Shown: positions 1-9,951 of the stretch, one piece after another
How positions within the stretch are numbered: the first letter of the stretch is position 1
Layout: each line of letters starts with the position of its first letter
From: a virus
Taxonomy: Duplodnaviria; Caudoviricetes
DNA: 39,764 nt
Virus record (IMG/VR): IMGVR_UViG_3300046786_000349
Span: 1-39,764 of that record
Direction: 5' to 3' (one strand)
Made by a program: the position numbers and the translations under genes
The notes under the pieces: model-generated
Database searches by the model: none
The model's input: only the letters and a program-made list of their open reading frames with translations
Told to the model about the DNA's origin: nothing

Positions 1-2
1 TG

Positions 3-1115
3 CGCGACACCATCCAAAGCAACCGTGATTTCAATGCGGTATTCCCAGATTGTCAACTAGCCACTGACCAGCGCAACGCACAGACATGGGCACTCTTGTG
101 GGCGCACAGAGCCACATACAGAGCCGCTGGTGTTGGTGGTGGTATTACTGGACGCGGTGCAGACCTTATCCTGATTGATGACCCTGTAGCAGATGAAGAA
201 GCAGTCTGGACAGAAGATAGACGTGAAAGTCTATGGCGTTGGTATCAGTCAAAACTTCGTACTCGTCTTGAGCCTGGCGGACGCATTATCCTGATTATGA
301 CCCGTTGGCATGAGGACGATTTGGCAGGACGTCTTATTGAAGAGATGAAGCACGCTGGTGAGCAGTGGAAGATTGTAAGTTTTCCTGCAACCGCAGAACC
401 AGATGAATCAGATGGTGTCGATACTCTTGGGCGCAAGTATGGTGAAGCATTATGGCCAGAACGCTATGACGTCAAGGAACTAGCGGGTCTGCGATCAGCG
501 GTTAGTGAGCGCGTTTGGAATAGTCAGTATCAACAAAGACCATCGACACAGCAAGGCAACATGATACTTGCTGACAATATCCTAGAAGGAAATCCACCTG
601 AGATGAAGTCACAGGTACGCGGCTGGGACTTAGCATCTACCAAGGGTAAAGGTGACTTTACCGTAGGTGTACTTGTTGGACTTGGCGAGGATGGTAACTA
701 CTGGATTCTTGATGTTGTCCGTAAACAGTTAGCCACCAATGAGCGGGACGAAATGATACGTGTCACTGCTATGATTGACGGCATGGAAGAGACTATTCAG
801 AGATTTCCACAAGATCCCGGTGCGGCAGGTAAGTCTCTCGTTGCAAGTATTACTCGCATGTTGTCTGGTCATAGACTACGGTTCAAGCCCATTTCAGGTG
901 ATAAAACAATTAGGGCAGACCCAATGTCATCACAGGTAAACCAAGGGCATTTCCGCATGGTCAAGGCTGAATGGAATAGTATCTTGGTAGATGAATTGAA
1001 GATGTTTCCTAACGGAAGGCACGACGACATCGTGGACGCTTTAGCCGACGCATTCACAACGCTCGCTGAGGAAAACACAAAGAGGCAAGTTAGTGTGAAT
1101 TGGGATGTATTCTAA
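3..1115 (+). CDS. terL: Terminase large subunit (5'-truncated)
   Basis: Frame is open from the window edge. Walker B-like LILIDDP, MTRWHEDDLAG, nuclease motifs GWDLA and HDDIVDA; directly upstream of portal. Confidence 0.93.
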   Translation, partial: RDTIQSNRDFNAVFPDCQLATDQRNAQTWALLWAHRATYRAAGVGGGITGRGADLILIDDPVADEEAVWTEDRRESLWRWYQSKLRTRLEPGGRIILIMTRWHEDDLAGRLIEEMKHAGEQWKIVSFPATAEPDESDGVDTLGRKYGEALWPERYDVKELAGLRSAVSERVWNSQYQQRPSTQQGNMILADNILEGNPPEMKSQVRGWDLASTKGKGDFTVGVLVGLGEDGNYWILDVVRKQLATNERDEMIRVTAMIDGMEETIQRFPQDPGAAGKSLVASITRMLSGHRLRFKPISGDKTIRADPMSSQVNQGHFRMVKAEWNSILVDELKMFPNGRHDDIVDALADAFTTLAEENTKRQVSVNWDVF

Positions 1116-1195
1116 GCAAGTGTATAGACTTGACATGGAGTATCTGATTTACTTATGGCTTTTATATAGGTCTGTATACTTTTTAGTGAGGCGGC

Positions 1196-2635
1196 ATGGC
1201 ATTCTGGGATAAAGCTCTACATAAACTTGGCATAAAGAAAATCAATGAGTTGTCCATTGGCGATGATACGCCTTTGCCACGCTATGCCTATGGTCAGTAC
1301 ATAACTGGTTTCCAGTCATTCTCTGACCTACTTAGTCCATACAGGACACTTGATCCAGCTCAAGCCAATGAAGGACGCGACAATGCGATTGTCAGCATTT
1401 GCATTAACTTTATTGCTACGTCTTGGCAGCAAGCACCTGTATCGGTTGGTACGCGTGACGGTGTCAACTATAAAGGTTTAGAGAAGCAGCATCCACTTGA
1501 GAACCTCATTGAGTTTCCGAATGAGCATTATGGTGGAACGCAGTTAATATGGGCTGTACTTACAGACGTCATCCGTAAGGGTAACGGTTATATCTATATA
1601 ACCCGTGATCGCTTAGGTACACCTATCCATTTATTGTGGGTACCTGCTCGTTGGATTCGTCCTATTCCAGATGACAATGGATACTTAAAGCATTACGAGT
1701 ATTCACCATTTGGCAAGTTGATGATCCTGAAGAAGGAAGATGTCGTACACGTAAAGTATGGAATTGATGAGCGTTTACCTCTTCAAGGCGTTTCGCCTCT
1801 TGCGCCTTTGTATCGTGAAATCATTACGGACAACTCGTACTCTGACTTTAGTGCTGGACTTGCTTCCTCCGGTGGTGTACCTCCGGTCGTATTTACCCCC
1901 AAGATTCTAAAGTTAGAGGGTGGCGAGCAAGCTGCACCAATGACTCCAGAGCAAGCGGACAACATGACACGTCGCTTGCAAGAGAAAATGTCTCGTGAAC
2001 CGGGTAAACCTCGTTTTATTCCCGGCGCATTGGACATGCACCAACTTGGATTCAAGCCAGATGAGATGGCACTAAACGATGTTCGGTCAATGCCTGAGAC
2101 ACGTATTCCAGCTGCATTAGGTCTCGACCCGTTAGCACTTGGTCTTTGGACTGGTGTGCAACGCGCTACGTTTAATAATAAACAAGAATCAATCAAACAG
2201 TCATGGCGTGGTGGGATTCTGCCATTCATGAAGATGTTTGCTTATGAGTTGACCCGTAAGGTTCTGCGTACATATCCAGACAGCGAAGACCTTTGGGTGT
2301 TCTACGATACATCCGGAATCTTGGAACTGAAGTCCGATGTGCTTGACTCTAGACGTGAAGCACGCGCAGACGTCCTTGCTGGAATCATTACAGTTGATGA
2401 AGCACGCGAAGAAGTTGGTAGAGAACTGTCGTTCCACGAAGCCATGCAATCTGACATGGAAAGCGTGGAAGCACGTACTGAGTATCTGGCTACAACAGAA
2501 GCTCCGGTTGTTACACCGTCATTGGCAAGTACCAAGCCGAGAAGCGAGGATGTATCACGTAGGCAGCAAGCTAGTGAGGAGATACATATCCCGTCCCCTT
2601 CGGACTTGGAAAAGGTTGGTGGATCAAGCAGATGA
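1196..2635 (+). CDS. Portal protein
   Basis: 479 aa after TerL; GNGYIYI, DVVHVKY, GVSPL and ITVDEAREEVG motifs of HK97-family portals. Confidence 0.92.
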   Translation: MAFWDKALHKLGIKKINELSIGDDTPLPRYAYGQYITGFQSFSDLLSPYRTLDPAQANEGRDNAIVSICINFIATSWQQAPVSVGTRDGVNYKGLEKQHPLENLIEFPNEHYGGTQLIWAVLTDVIRKGNGYIYITRDRLGTPIHLLWVPARWIRPIPDDNGYLKHYEYSPFGKLMILKKEDVVHVKYGIDERLPLQGVSPLAPLYREIITDNSYSDFSAGLASSGGVPPVVFTPKILKLEGGEQAAPMTPEQADNMTRRLQEKMSREPGKPRFIPGALDMHQLGFKPDEMALNDVRSMPETRIPAALGLDPLALGLWTGVQRATFNNKQESIKQSWRGGILPFMKMFAYELTRKVLRTYPDSEDLWVFYDTSGILELKSDVLDSRREARADVLAGIITVDEAREEVGRELSFHEAMQSDMESVEARTEYLATTEAPVVTPSLASTKPRSEDVSRRQQASEEIHIPSPSDLEKVGGSSR

Positions 2636-4002
2636 ATAACGAAGTCTTGTGCTGGATTGGAGATGCTGTGAAGGCATCGTCCGACGGTCGCTTTGCAGGT
2701 TACTTGGTACGCTTTGACAATCAAGGTAATGCCAACGACACCACTGGTGAATACTTCACCGCAAAGACAGATTTTGGACGCCCTCTAAAGAGCGGAGATG
2801 AGTTTGACCTAAACCTTTATTACGGTCACGGATTCACCGACGTCTTTGGTAATCAAGTTATTGGTCGTGGCAAAGTAAAGATGGATGATGCCGGCCTATG
2901 GTATGAAGGTCAGATTGACATTAGTAACCGCTATATGGCTAAGGTAAACCAACTGCTACGCGAAGGCAGACTTGGACTTAGTAGTGGTGCTGCACCACAT
3001 CTTGTTGCTTACTCCAAGAAGAGTGCTGATCGCAAAGAGATTCTTTCTTGGCCTATCGCAGAAGCAAGTCTAACTCCATGCCCAGCAGAGCCACGTAACT
3101 CTGTCGTCCCAGTCAAGTCTTTGATGGAAGTGACTGTCAAGGAAGAGAAAACGTTCAAGCCTACGTCTGCAATGAAGTCAGCTGCCAAGCGTGCTATTGC
3201 TTGGCGTGAAGGTGGACATGATGGTGCAACAGCAGTAGGTTGGGCGCGTGCGAACCAGATTGTCAAAGGCGAGTCTTTGTCTGCTAGTACTGTCATGCGC
3301 ATGTATAGTTTCTTCTCTAGACATGAGGTAGACAAGAAGGCTAAGGGATTTAGCTCTGGTGAAGAAGGCTTTCCTTCACCGGGCCGAGTTGCTTGGGATG
3401 CTTGGGGCGGAGACCCTGGGTTCGCTTTCGCTAAACGTTGTCGTAACACTATTCTAAAGAATAAGAGTATGTTTGGTGCATATGACCCAGACGATATGGA
3501 AGAGGAAGAAGACGACGAGGAAAAGTCCTCTAAGGTTGAAATGGAATACGAAGACGAAGGCATCGAGGAAGACGAGCAGGGAGAAGAAGCCGAAGACTCC
3601 GGAATGCTAGGAAGCATCGATGATGAGATGTCTTTGTATGGCCTACAGCTTTTAATGGGTCGTCTTATGACGTATATTGCAGGTAACCCAGATGAGCCAG
3701 AGATGGTTGGTGAAGCACTAGATGAGTTTGCGGAAAAGGCAAAGATTCTAGTAGGACACATTGACGCAATGGGTGAAGATTTTATGGCTCAAGTCAAGTC
3801 TATAGAATTGACAACGGTCAGGGATTTTGAGAAGTGGCTACACACAAGTGGGCGTTTCTCGAAGAGCGATGCAAAGATAATTGCATCACAAGGCTGGAAG
3901 CAGCGGGATGTCGCGAAAGCCGAATCACAGTCAGCATTGGTGGAAGCTCTGAAGGCTAGTGCTGAAGTAGATAACAAAATCTTTGAGCTATCAATCAAGT
4001 AA
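2632..4002 (+). CDS. Prohead protease with inserted domain and acidic/scaffold-like C-terminus
   Basis: Between portal and capsid; FAGY, YYGH, GLSSG and EASLTPCPAEP match HK97-type proteases; then a separate ~100 aa domain and an E/D-rich tract. Confidence 0.82.
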   Translation: MNNEVLCWIGDAVKASSDGRFAGYLVRFDNQGNANDTTGEYFTAKTDFGRPLKSGDEFDLNLYYGHGFTDVFGNQVIGRGKVKMDDAGLWYEGQIDISNRYMAKVNQLLREGRLGLSSGAAPHLVAYSKKSADRKEILSWPIAEASLTPCPAEPRNSVVPVKSLMEVTVKEEKTFKPTSAMKSAAKRAIAWREGGHDGATAVGWARANQIVKGESLSASTVMRMYSFFSRHEVDKKAKGFSSGEEGFPSPGRVAWDAWGGDPGFAFAKRCRNTILKNKSMFGAYDPDDMEEEEDDEEKSSKVEMEYEDEGIEEDEQGEEAEDSGMLGSIDDEMSLYGLQLLMGRLMTYIAGNPDEPEMVGEALDEFAEKAKILVGHIDAMGEDFMAQVKSIELTTVRDFEKWLHTSGRFSKSDAKIIASQGWKQRDVAKAESQSALVEALKASAEVDNKIFELSIK

Positions 4003-4013
4003 GGAGAGATCAT

Positions 4014-5333
4014 ATGGATCTTAACAAGATTGTCGAAGGCATCAAAGCCAAGTCGGCAGAACGCGATCAGATTCTTGGTAAGGCTGATTTCAGTTTTGAT
4101 GATTTGGCTAAGGTCAAGTCGATCAATGACGCAATCGGTGTTGCTAAGGAACAGTACGAAGCAATCAAGACTGCACAGGATGAAAAGCAGTGGTTCTCTG
4201 AGCCATCGAACGAGATTCCTGGCAACGTCCATTATGCTAAGGCTGGACACGTAGACCTCGACCGTAGCCGTTCGGCCATGGAAGTCAACCACGTTGGTGA
4301 AGGTTCCTTTACCAAGAGTGTTTGGGCACACATGAACACCGATGGTTACAAGCAAGCTTTCCATGAATACCTTCGTAAGGGTATTACCGGCATGGGTGCT
4401 ACAGCTCGTAAAGACCTCGAAGTCGGACTTGACCCACAGGGTGGATACTTTGTAACACCTGAAATCATCAACCGTGTTGTTAGCCGTCTGGCTACACCTA
4501 CGCGTGTTGCTGGTCTCGTTACTCAGCTTTCTACCAGCCGTGATGCTGTTGAGATGCCTAAGGTCAACTACGTTGACAGCAACGACATCTACTCCACTGG
4601 TTTCCGTGTTACATACACAGGTGAGCAAGCAGCAACCGATGAAGGACTTGTAGACGACTCCGACCTCTTTGGTCAGACTCGCATCGATGTCTACACCGGT
4701 ATGATGAAGAGCCGTATCACCCGCAACATGCTGGAAGACTCGGCTATCGACATCCAGGGATGGATTGCAGATAAGTTTGATGAGACCATCGCTCTTGAGC
4801 GTGATCGCATGATTATCAGCGGTACTGGTGTAAACCAGCCACTTGGTATTCTCTCTGCAATCGGTACAGCTGATTCACCGCGTATTGTCAACTCTGGTTC
4901 TGCTTCTGCACTTACTGCCGATGGTCTTATCGACCTTATCGACACATTGCCAGAACAGTACAACGAGAACATCCGTGTTGTCATGAACCGTGTTAGCACG
5001 AAGCGCAGTGTGGATAAACTCAAGGATCTTCAGAACCGCTACCTGTTTGCCTATGGCTACCAGGATTCCGGTCTTGCTGGAAGCCGTGTTGACACACTCC
5101 TTGGCTACCCTGTTGTGTACAGTGGACTCATGCCTAACGTAGCAGCCAACGCATTCCCTGTCATCTCTGGTGACTGGTCTGGTTACTACTTGGTCAATCG
5201 CCTCGGACTCTCCATCCAGGTTCTTCTTGAGCGTTACGCTGAGAACAACAAGGTTGGACTCGTTGGACGCTTCCGCCATGGTGGACGCCCAGTCGAGAAC
5301 TGGAAGCTGATTGCCCATAAGGTATCTGCTTAG
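4014..5333 (+). CDS. Major capsid protein, HK97 fold
   Basis: AGGAG RBS; helical N-terminal delta-like region, GGYFVTPE, GTGVNQPLGI, TLLGYPV, GDWSGY. Confidence 0.95.
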   Translation: MDLNKIVEGIKAKSAERDQILGKADFSFDDLAKVKSINDAIGVAKEQYEAIKTAQDEKQWFSEPSNEIPGNVHYAKAGHVDLDRSRSAMEVNHVGEGSFTKSVWAHMNTDGYKQAFHEYLRKGITGMGATARKDLEVGLDPQGGYFVTPEIINRVVSRLATPTRVAGLVTQLSTSRDAVEMPKVNYVDSNDIYSTGFRVTYTGEQAATDEGLVDDSDLFGQTRIDVYTGMMKSRITRNMLEDSAIDIQGWIADKFDETIALERDRMIISGTGVNQPLGILSAIGTADSPRIVNSGSASALTADGLIDLIDTLPEQYNENIRVVMNRVSTKRSVDKLKDLQNRYLFAYGYQDSGLAGSRVDTLLGYPVVYSGLMPNVAANAFPVISGDWSGYYLVNRLGLSIQVLLERYAENNKVGLVGRFRHGGRPVENWKLIAHKVSA

Positions 5334-5338
5334 TGAAA

Positions 5339-5360
5339 TGGGGAGGGTAACACCTCCCCA
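5339..5360 (+). other. Stem-loop after capsid gene (no U-tract)
   Basis: TGGGGAGG-GTAACA-CCTCCCCA; possible mRNA stabiliser or weak attenuator. Confidence 0.55.
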
Positions 5361-5377
5361 ATGAAAGGATAACGATT

Positions 5378-5824
5378 ATGGTTCTTCGCCAAATCCAAAA
5401 AGAGATCAAGCACATTCGCTTGAAGCCAGACGGCACAAACTTTAGTGCGGCTGCTGGCACTACCAACATCAACAGTGATAGTGCAGATGTCGTAGGATTT
5501 AACAACATCTGTTTTGAATACCTACTTGGAAGCATTGTTTCTGGTGCTGCAACAAGTGCAAAGCTTCAGTGGTCGGACGACAACACGACGTTTACCGATG
5601 TCGTTGGTGGCTCGGTTACAATTGCTGACACAGACGACCACAAGATTGTGTTCTTCGAAGTGCACAAACCAAAGAAGCGTTACTTCCGTATCGCGACTTT
5701 GCGTGCAACACAGAACGCTACTGTTGATGCGCTTGTCGTACAACTCTGGAACGCAACACAGGTTCCTGTAGTGCAGGATGCAACCACTGTTGAAGGTGGT
5801 ATCTTCCTCAACGGCGGATCGTAA
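5378..5824 (+). CDS. Putative capsid decoration/cement protein
   Basis: Follows capsid; beta-rich with KLQWSDDNTTFTDV and KRYFRI patterns typical of post-capsid jelly-roll proteins. Confidence 0.6.
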   Translation: MVLRQIQKEIKHIRLKPDGTNFSAAAGTTNINSDSADVVGFNNICFEYLLGSIVSGAATSAKLQWSDDNTTFTDVVGGSVTIADTDDHKIVFFEVHKPKKRYFRIATLRATQNATVDALVVQLWNATQVPVVQDATTVEGGIFLNGGS

Positions 5825-5839
5825 GTTTAGGCGGTAGAA

Positions 5840-6316
5840 GTGACTCAAATCGAAGCAATCAACTGGTTGACAACATATGCTGACGCTAACCTCGACCCGG
5901 TGCTATCACCAGATGAGTTAGTCCAGCTTGTAAACCGCTACAAGATTGCCAATGACTGGGTTGCTTCTACCCTATTCAACGGCAACTATCGCATCCGCGT
6001 AGCCACTAACAATCGGCTGTATCGCTGTATTGAATCTGGCACTACCGGAGCAACCGAACCTTCATGGCCTACCTTGCGTGCAAGTAAGGTGGGCTATGTT
6101 GTCACTGACAATACTTGTTACTGGCAGGATGAAGGAGATGCACCAACAGACAATTATGACTTGTCTGGCATGGCAAAGGCGGCATGGACACTCAAAGCTG
6201 CTAAGTGTGTTAATGACATTAATACCAGTGACGAATGGTTGCAACTCGAATTGCAACAACGCCACGCACATTGTGTGCGCATGGCTAACACCTTTATGGA
6301 TATGTGGGTTCCGTGA
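5840..6316 (+). CDS. Putative head-tail adaptor with inserted small aromatic module
   Basis: Position; helical ends (LSPDEL, YDLSGMAKAAWTLKAA) flank W..ST...LYRC...GTTG.TEP.WP...VTD...W. Confidence 0.6.
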   Translation: MTQIEAINWLTTYADANLDPVLSPDELVQLVNRYKIANDWVASTLFNGNYRIRVATNNRLYRCIESGTTGATEPSWPTLRASKVGYVVTDNTCYWQDEGDAPTDNYDLSGMAKAAWTLKAAKCVNDINTSDEWLQLELQQRHAHCVRMANTFMDMWVP

Positions 6317-6714
6317 TACCAGTATCTCCCGGTAAACGCGCTGTTCAGTATCTGACTACACAAATGCAAGCCAGATTACTTACTGATACGGCATATGCGC
6401 TTAAGCCGGTAAACACTGGCCCGACCACTAGTATCGGATCCGCTAACGTTCAATATACACTTGTACCTTCTCCGGGCGGTTACAAGTCTTTTCCTTGCCG
6501 AGTACGGTTGCCACGTCAAGCACGTAACGAAGAGTTTGCAGGGAAGAAAACACAGCCACTTTATGATGCCGAGATTATCCTTCCTGCTAGCGCGGAAGTG
6601 ACACAGTATGACCGACTAAAGGTGAATGGCATTGAGTACTTGATTACAGGTAGTGACCCTGGTCGTACAGATGCTATCTTTATTACCGTCAAGGCTGAAA
6701 GGCGCAAAGCATGA
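6304..6714 (+). CDS. Putative head-closure (stopper) protein
   Basis: Position; DRLKVNGIEYLI motif; GTG at 6313 overlapping the upstream stop is an alternative start. Confidence 0.6.
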   Translation: MGSVIPVSPGKRAVQYLTTQMQARLLTDTAYALKPVNTGPTTSIGSANVQYTLVPSPGGYKSFPCRVRLPRQARNEEFAGKKTQPLYDAEIILPASAEVTQYDRLKVNGIEYLITGSDPGRTDAIFITVKAERRKA

Positions 6715-7046
6715 ACATTGCCTACGGTAGGTTATGGTGGGTTGTCATTGGTAGCTTCTTTGCTTCTGCACTACCTGCCTTCAATATGGCATGGGACAAG
6801 ATGCCTTTGACTGAGACTAGCTCGTTTGGTCAGGTAACAAAGGTAGCAAGTATTGCAAGTATTGAGGCGTTACGTGCTGGCATCCCTGCGGTGATTACAG
6901 CGATGATCGCATTCTTTATGCGACAGGATGCTGACTTACCTGCGTTCAAGACTGACGTGAAGACACAAGTGGAATCACAACTGCGTAAAGAGATTGAAAC
7001 CCAGATACTCTCCCGATACACGGAAGCGGGAAAGGACGTTCGATGA
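6711..7046 (+). CDS. Holin-like membrane protein
   Basis: Two hydrophobic segments and a charged C-terminus, 111 aa. Confidence 0.5.
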   Translation: MNIAYGRLWWVVIGSFFASALPAFNMAWDKMPLTETSSFGQVTKVASIASIEALRAGIPAVITAMIAFFMRQDADLPAFKTDVKTQVESQLRKEIETQILSRYTEAGKDVR

Positions 7047-7270
7047 CTATTGAAGTTTGGCATTTGATTGTGGCTGTATTGACGTTGATGATTCCTATAA
7101 TTTTGACGGGTATTCAAGCTGCTATGGGTTTTGCTCGTATGGATGAACAGTTAAGCCACATGCGTGGTGACACGCGTGAGATAAAGTCTGATACCGCTAA
7201 GATGGAAACACGCCTTGGTAAAGTTGAAAGCCGAGTGTCAAACATTGAAGGGCGTATGAACACAAGATGA
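7043..7270 (+). CDS. Small membrane-anchored coiled-coil protein
   Basis: N-terminal TM segment, heptad-like C-terminus; ATGA coupling. Confidence 0.6.
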   Translation: MTIEVWHLIVAVLTLMIPIILTGIQAAMGFARMDEQLSHMRGDTREIKSDTAKMETRLGKVESRVSNIEGRMNTR

Positions 7271-7365
7271 ATACTAATAACTCCGCTGCGGTGTCTAGTG
7301 TGCTGGCGTTCCTCACGATGCCTTTCAAGGGTGTTGAGGCGAACAGTTTGAAGGTGGGCAAATGA
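7267..7365 (+). pseudogene. 32-aa ORF, probable holin 3' remnant (cassette copy 1)
   Basis: MNTNNSAAVSSVLAFLTMPFKGVEANSLKVGK; coupled by ATGA at both ends; paralog of 9951-10073. Confidence 0.5.
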
Positions 7366-7589
7366 ATCTCCAGAACTTCAGGATTGAAAAGGAACCTGCA
7401 CCTTCTACAGACTGGCGTGTCTTTGGTGACATCTTTGACGATTCTGGAATACAAATTGGTACGTTTGGATATGATGGAACATCTGTTAATATCTGGTGGG
7501 TTCAACAGGATGAGGAATTTCAGTCAAATATTGTTTATCAGTTTGCAACAATAATGGCTCAACAGATTGTGGCAGGGACGGCTGAATAA
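7362..7589 (+). CDS. 75-aa acidic protein, fibre-cassette partner (copy 1)
   Basis: Shares MNLQN, FG.DG, WWVQQD and GTAE with 10070-10297. Confidence 0.8.
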   Translation: MNLQNFRIEKEPAPSTDWRVFGDIFDDSGIQIGTFGYDGTSVNIWWVQQDEEFQSNIVYQFATIMAQQIVAGTAE

Positions 7590-9772
7590 TGGCGAATTAT
7601 TACGTTAGACCAGATGGAAGCAATTCTAATGCTGGCACTGGACAAGCAACGAATCAGGCGTGGCAAACTATAACCTACGCTTTGACAAATATGATTCTAA
7701 CAAATGGTGTCAATTATTTATATGTTGCACCGGGGGTTTATCGCGAATCTCCAAGTGTCACCATAACACCATCAAGTACTCAAACTCTGGTCATTCAAGG
7801 TGATCCTTCATGCAGTGTTTTCACGGGACTGAATCAAGACATCGTTTTTATAACAAATTTTGCTAACGACAATACAGAACCTACATTAGGTAATGTTTTT
7901 ACCTGTTCTAAACCATATGTCACACTTAAGAATTTACAAATATGTGGCTTCGGTTATACTCAATTTAGTAATGCTAATAACATAACTTTAGAAAATTGTG
8001 TATTTGCAACGTCAAGAATAATATCAAATAATCCTCGTGGTACTGTTAGGCTTACTACATCTTCAAATAATCCACTCAATGCTACAATTACAAAATGTAA
8101 TTTTTATGGGGATACTGGATTATTCATAGAAGGTCAGACAACTGGAAGTACTTATAACTTTAATACCGTAGTTTCAGATTGTTTATTTATAGTCGCTAGC
8201 GGATTATTAGTGGACGGGCTAAGTTATAACACTGGTACGGCTGGTAATGGCGTGTCTTTGTACAATAGTGTTTTCATTTTTTCAGATCTTGGTTTTTCAG
8301 TTCGATCTACAAATACAAGCAATACGTCATATGCTTACAATAATGTTTTCTATCAAACAATTTCTGGTGGTGCTGCTACGGCATTAACTGCAAATGTCAC
8401 TGGTAGATTGGTTGAAGATTACAATCGTATAGCATCATCCGTTACAAGAAGCAATGTTGCTACAGGGACTAATAGTCGTGCCGGATTAACCGGATTAGAT
8501 CTTAACGCTACGCAAATTACATCAAGTATTGCAACTCCATTTTTTAGCCCTTATCGCAATAGTCCATTGATTGGTGCTGGTACTTCATCAGGCGCACCCG
8601 TAACAGATCAATATGGATTTGCTTGGACAAGTGGAACAGACATTGGTGCATTTTCACGAACGTTGTTATCATCTACATCGTTCTACTTCCCAACGGAGCG
8701 CAACGCTTCCACCATCACAATAGCTCCAGGCTCTACATCCCAATCCATCGAACTCTACCTTGGTGCTACAGGTCTCACAGCCTCCACAAGTGGCTTATCC
8801 GCCTATTACAACCGTACACGTACCGCAGACGTACAGATACCTTTAGTTGCTCGTGTAATTGATGGGTCAAATCCTTCTGGAGTATGGACAGCAGGTGGTT
8901 TTGCTGAAGTCAACGCTAGTACGATGCCTGGCGTATATCGTTTGGATATTCCAAACGAGGCTTTGGCTTCTGGTGTTGATGACGTGACTATCGTAGTCAG
9001 AGGAGCATCTGGCACAAATGGCGCAGTCATGAGCATCAAGTTGTCCTCTGGTGGTCTGACATCTACGCAGACAGCACAAGCAGTTTGGAACGCATTGACA
9101 TCCAGCCACACAACACATGGTACGTTCGGTTGGAATAGTCTACGCGCAGACGCACCAAGCAAAGAAGGATTGGTGACACTACACCAGTCTGGTGGCGTAA
9201 GTAGAATAGATGCTGACGTACACGCTGTACAGAACGACACAGCAGCTGCTACAACATTGAAGGGTGCATTGCTTCACGACGGTACTGGGTACGTGGATGC
9301 CGACGTTGTTCGCATCTCTACAAGCACGGCAGCTGCTAACGAGTTGGAAGGAGCACTACTACACAACGGTACAGACTACATTGACAGTAACCTTCTAAGT
9401 GGTAACTCTACTCGTGTGTATGTTGGTCGGTTTGACTTGAGGCAGACAGGATCGGATGACGTAGATACTATTGAAGTGTTCACGACAGATACACCTTCCT
9501 TTGAGTTGCAGTTGACTGACGGTGATGGCAATGAAGTACCTGTCACGGGTACTACGCTTGGACTGCGTATCTTAGACGTAGCCAGCACTGTGGTAGAGAC
9601 TGGTACGCCAACAGTAGAATACGGTACTGGTGGAATCGTTAGATGGACAGGGCCAGGCACCTACTTGGCTATTGGATGTCCGGTAGGTATGTATCGTTTG
9701 TTTATTGATCGCACAGTGTCAGGTACTACAACAACGTTTGGGCCGTTACAGATAAAGGTACAAGCACAATGA
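7589..9772 (+). CDS. Fibre/spike protein with N-terminal pectin-lyase-like beta-helix (copy 1)
   Basis: YYVRPDGSNSNAG...AWQTI...YVAPGVYRE beta-helix start; N/T/S-rich repeats; conserved middle block; beta-sandwich-like C-terminus. Confidence 0.75.
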   Translation: MANYYVRPDGSNSNAGTGQATNQAWQTITYALTNMILTNGVNYLYVAPGVYRESPSVTITPSSTQTLVIQGDPSCSVFTGLNQDIVFITNFANDNTEPTLGNVFTCSKPYVTLKNLQICGFGYTQFSNANNITLENCVFATSRIISNNPRGTVRLTTSSNNPLNATITKCNFYGDTGLFIEGQTTGSTYNFNTVVSDCLFIVASGLLVDGLSYNTGTAGNGVSLYNSVFIFSDLGFSVRSTNTSNTSYAYNNVFYQTISGGAATALTANVTGRLVEDYNRIASSVTRSNVATGTNSRAGLTGLDLNATQITSSIATPFFSPYRNSPLIGAGTSSGAPVTDQYGFAWTSGTDIGAFSRTLLSSTSFYFPTERNASTITIAPGSTSQSIELYLGATGLTASTSGLSAYYNRTRTADVQIPLVARVIDGSNPSGVWTAGGFAEVNASTMPGVYRLDIPNEALASGVDDVTIVVRGASGTNGAVMSIKLSSGGLTSTQTAQAVWNALTSSHTTHGTFGWNSLRADAPSKEGLVTLHQSGGVSRIDADVHAVQNDTAAATTLKGALLHDGTGYVDADVVRISTSTAAANELEGALLHNGTDYIDSNLLSGNSTRVYVGRFDLRQTGSDDVDTIEVFTTDTPSFELQLTDGDGNEVPVTGTTLGLRILDVASTVVETGTPTVEYGTGGIVRWTGPGTYLAIGCPVGMYRLFIDRTVSGTTTTFGPLQIKVQAQ
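8696..9088 (+). repeat. Conserved block shared by the two fibre genes (copy 1)
   Basis: Encodes ERNAS.ITIAPGSTSQSIELYLGATGLTASTSGLSA...IKLSSGGLTS.QTA.AVW, near-identical to 11383-11760. Confidence 0.9.
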
Positions 9773-9951
9773 GTTGGCTAAGTAAGTTACTAAAGAAGAA
9801 TGCGAATGTCCCTGAAGTCAGGATACCTTTCGGCGAAGCTTTGCTTGCCGAAAACATCATCGAGAATCTAGACTTCTTGTCCACATCTGACCTTGAGAAG
9901 GTGCGTGATGTAGTCATGCTGGCTATTGATAAGCGTAAGGTGAAGAAGTGA
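9769..9951 (+). CDS. Hypothetical 60-aa protein
   Basis: Overlaps both neighbours; amphipathic MSWLSKLLKK start. Confidence 0.65.
   Translation: MSWLSKLLKKNANVPEVRIPFGEALLAENIIENLDFLSTSDLEKVRDVVMLAIDKRKVKK

Noticed and set aside
3009-4628. Minus-strand ORFs of 250 and 279 aa
   Set aside because: Antisense shadows of the protease and capsid genes.
6711-7270. Complete lysis cassette
   Set aside because: No endolysin motif recognised nearby or elsewhere; it may lie outside the window.
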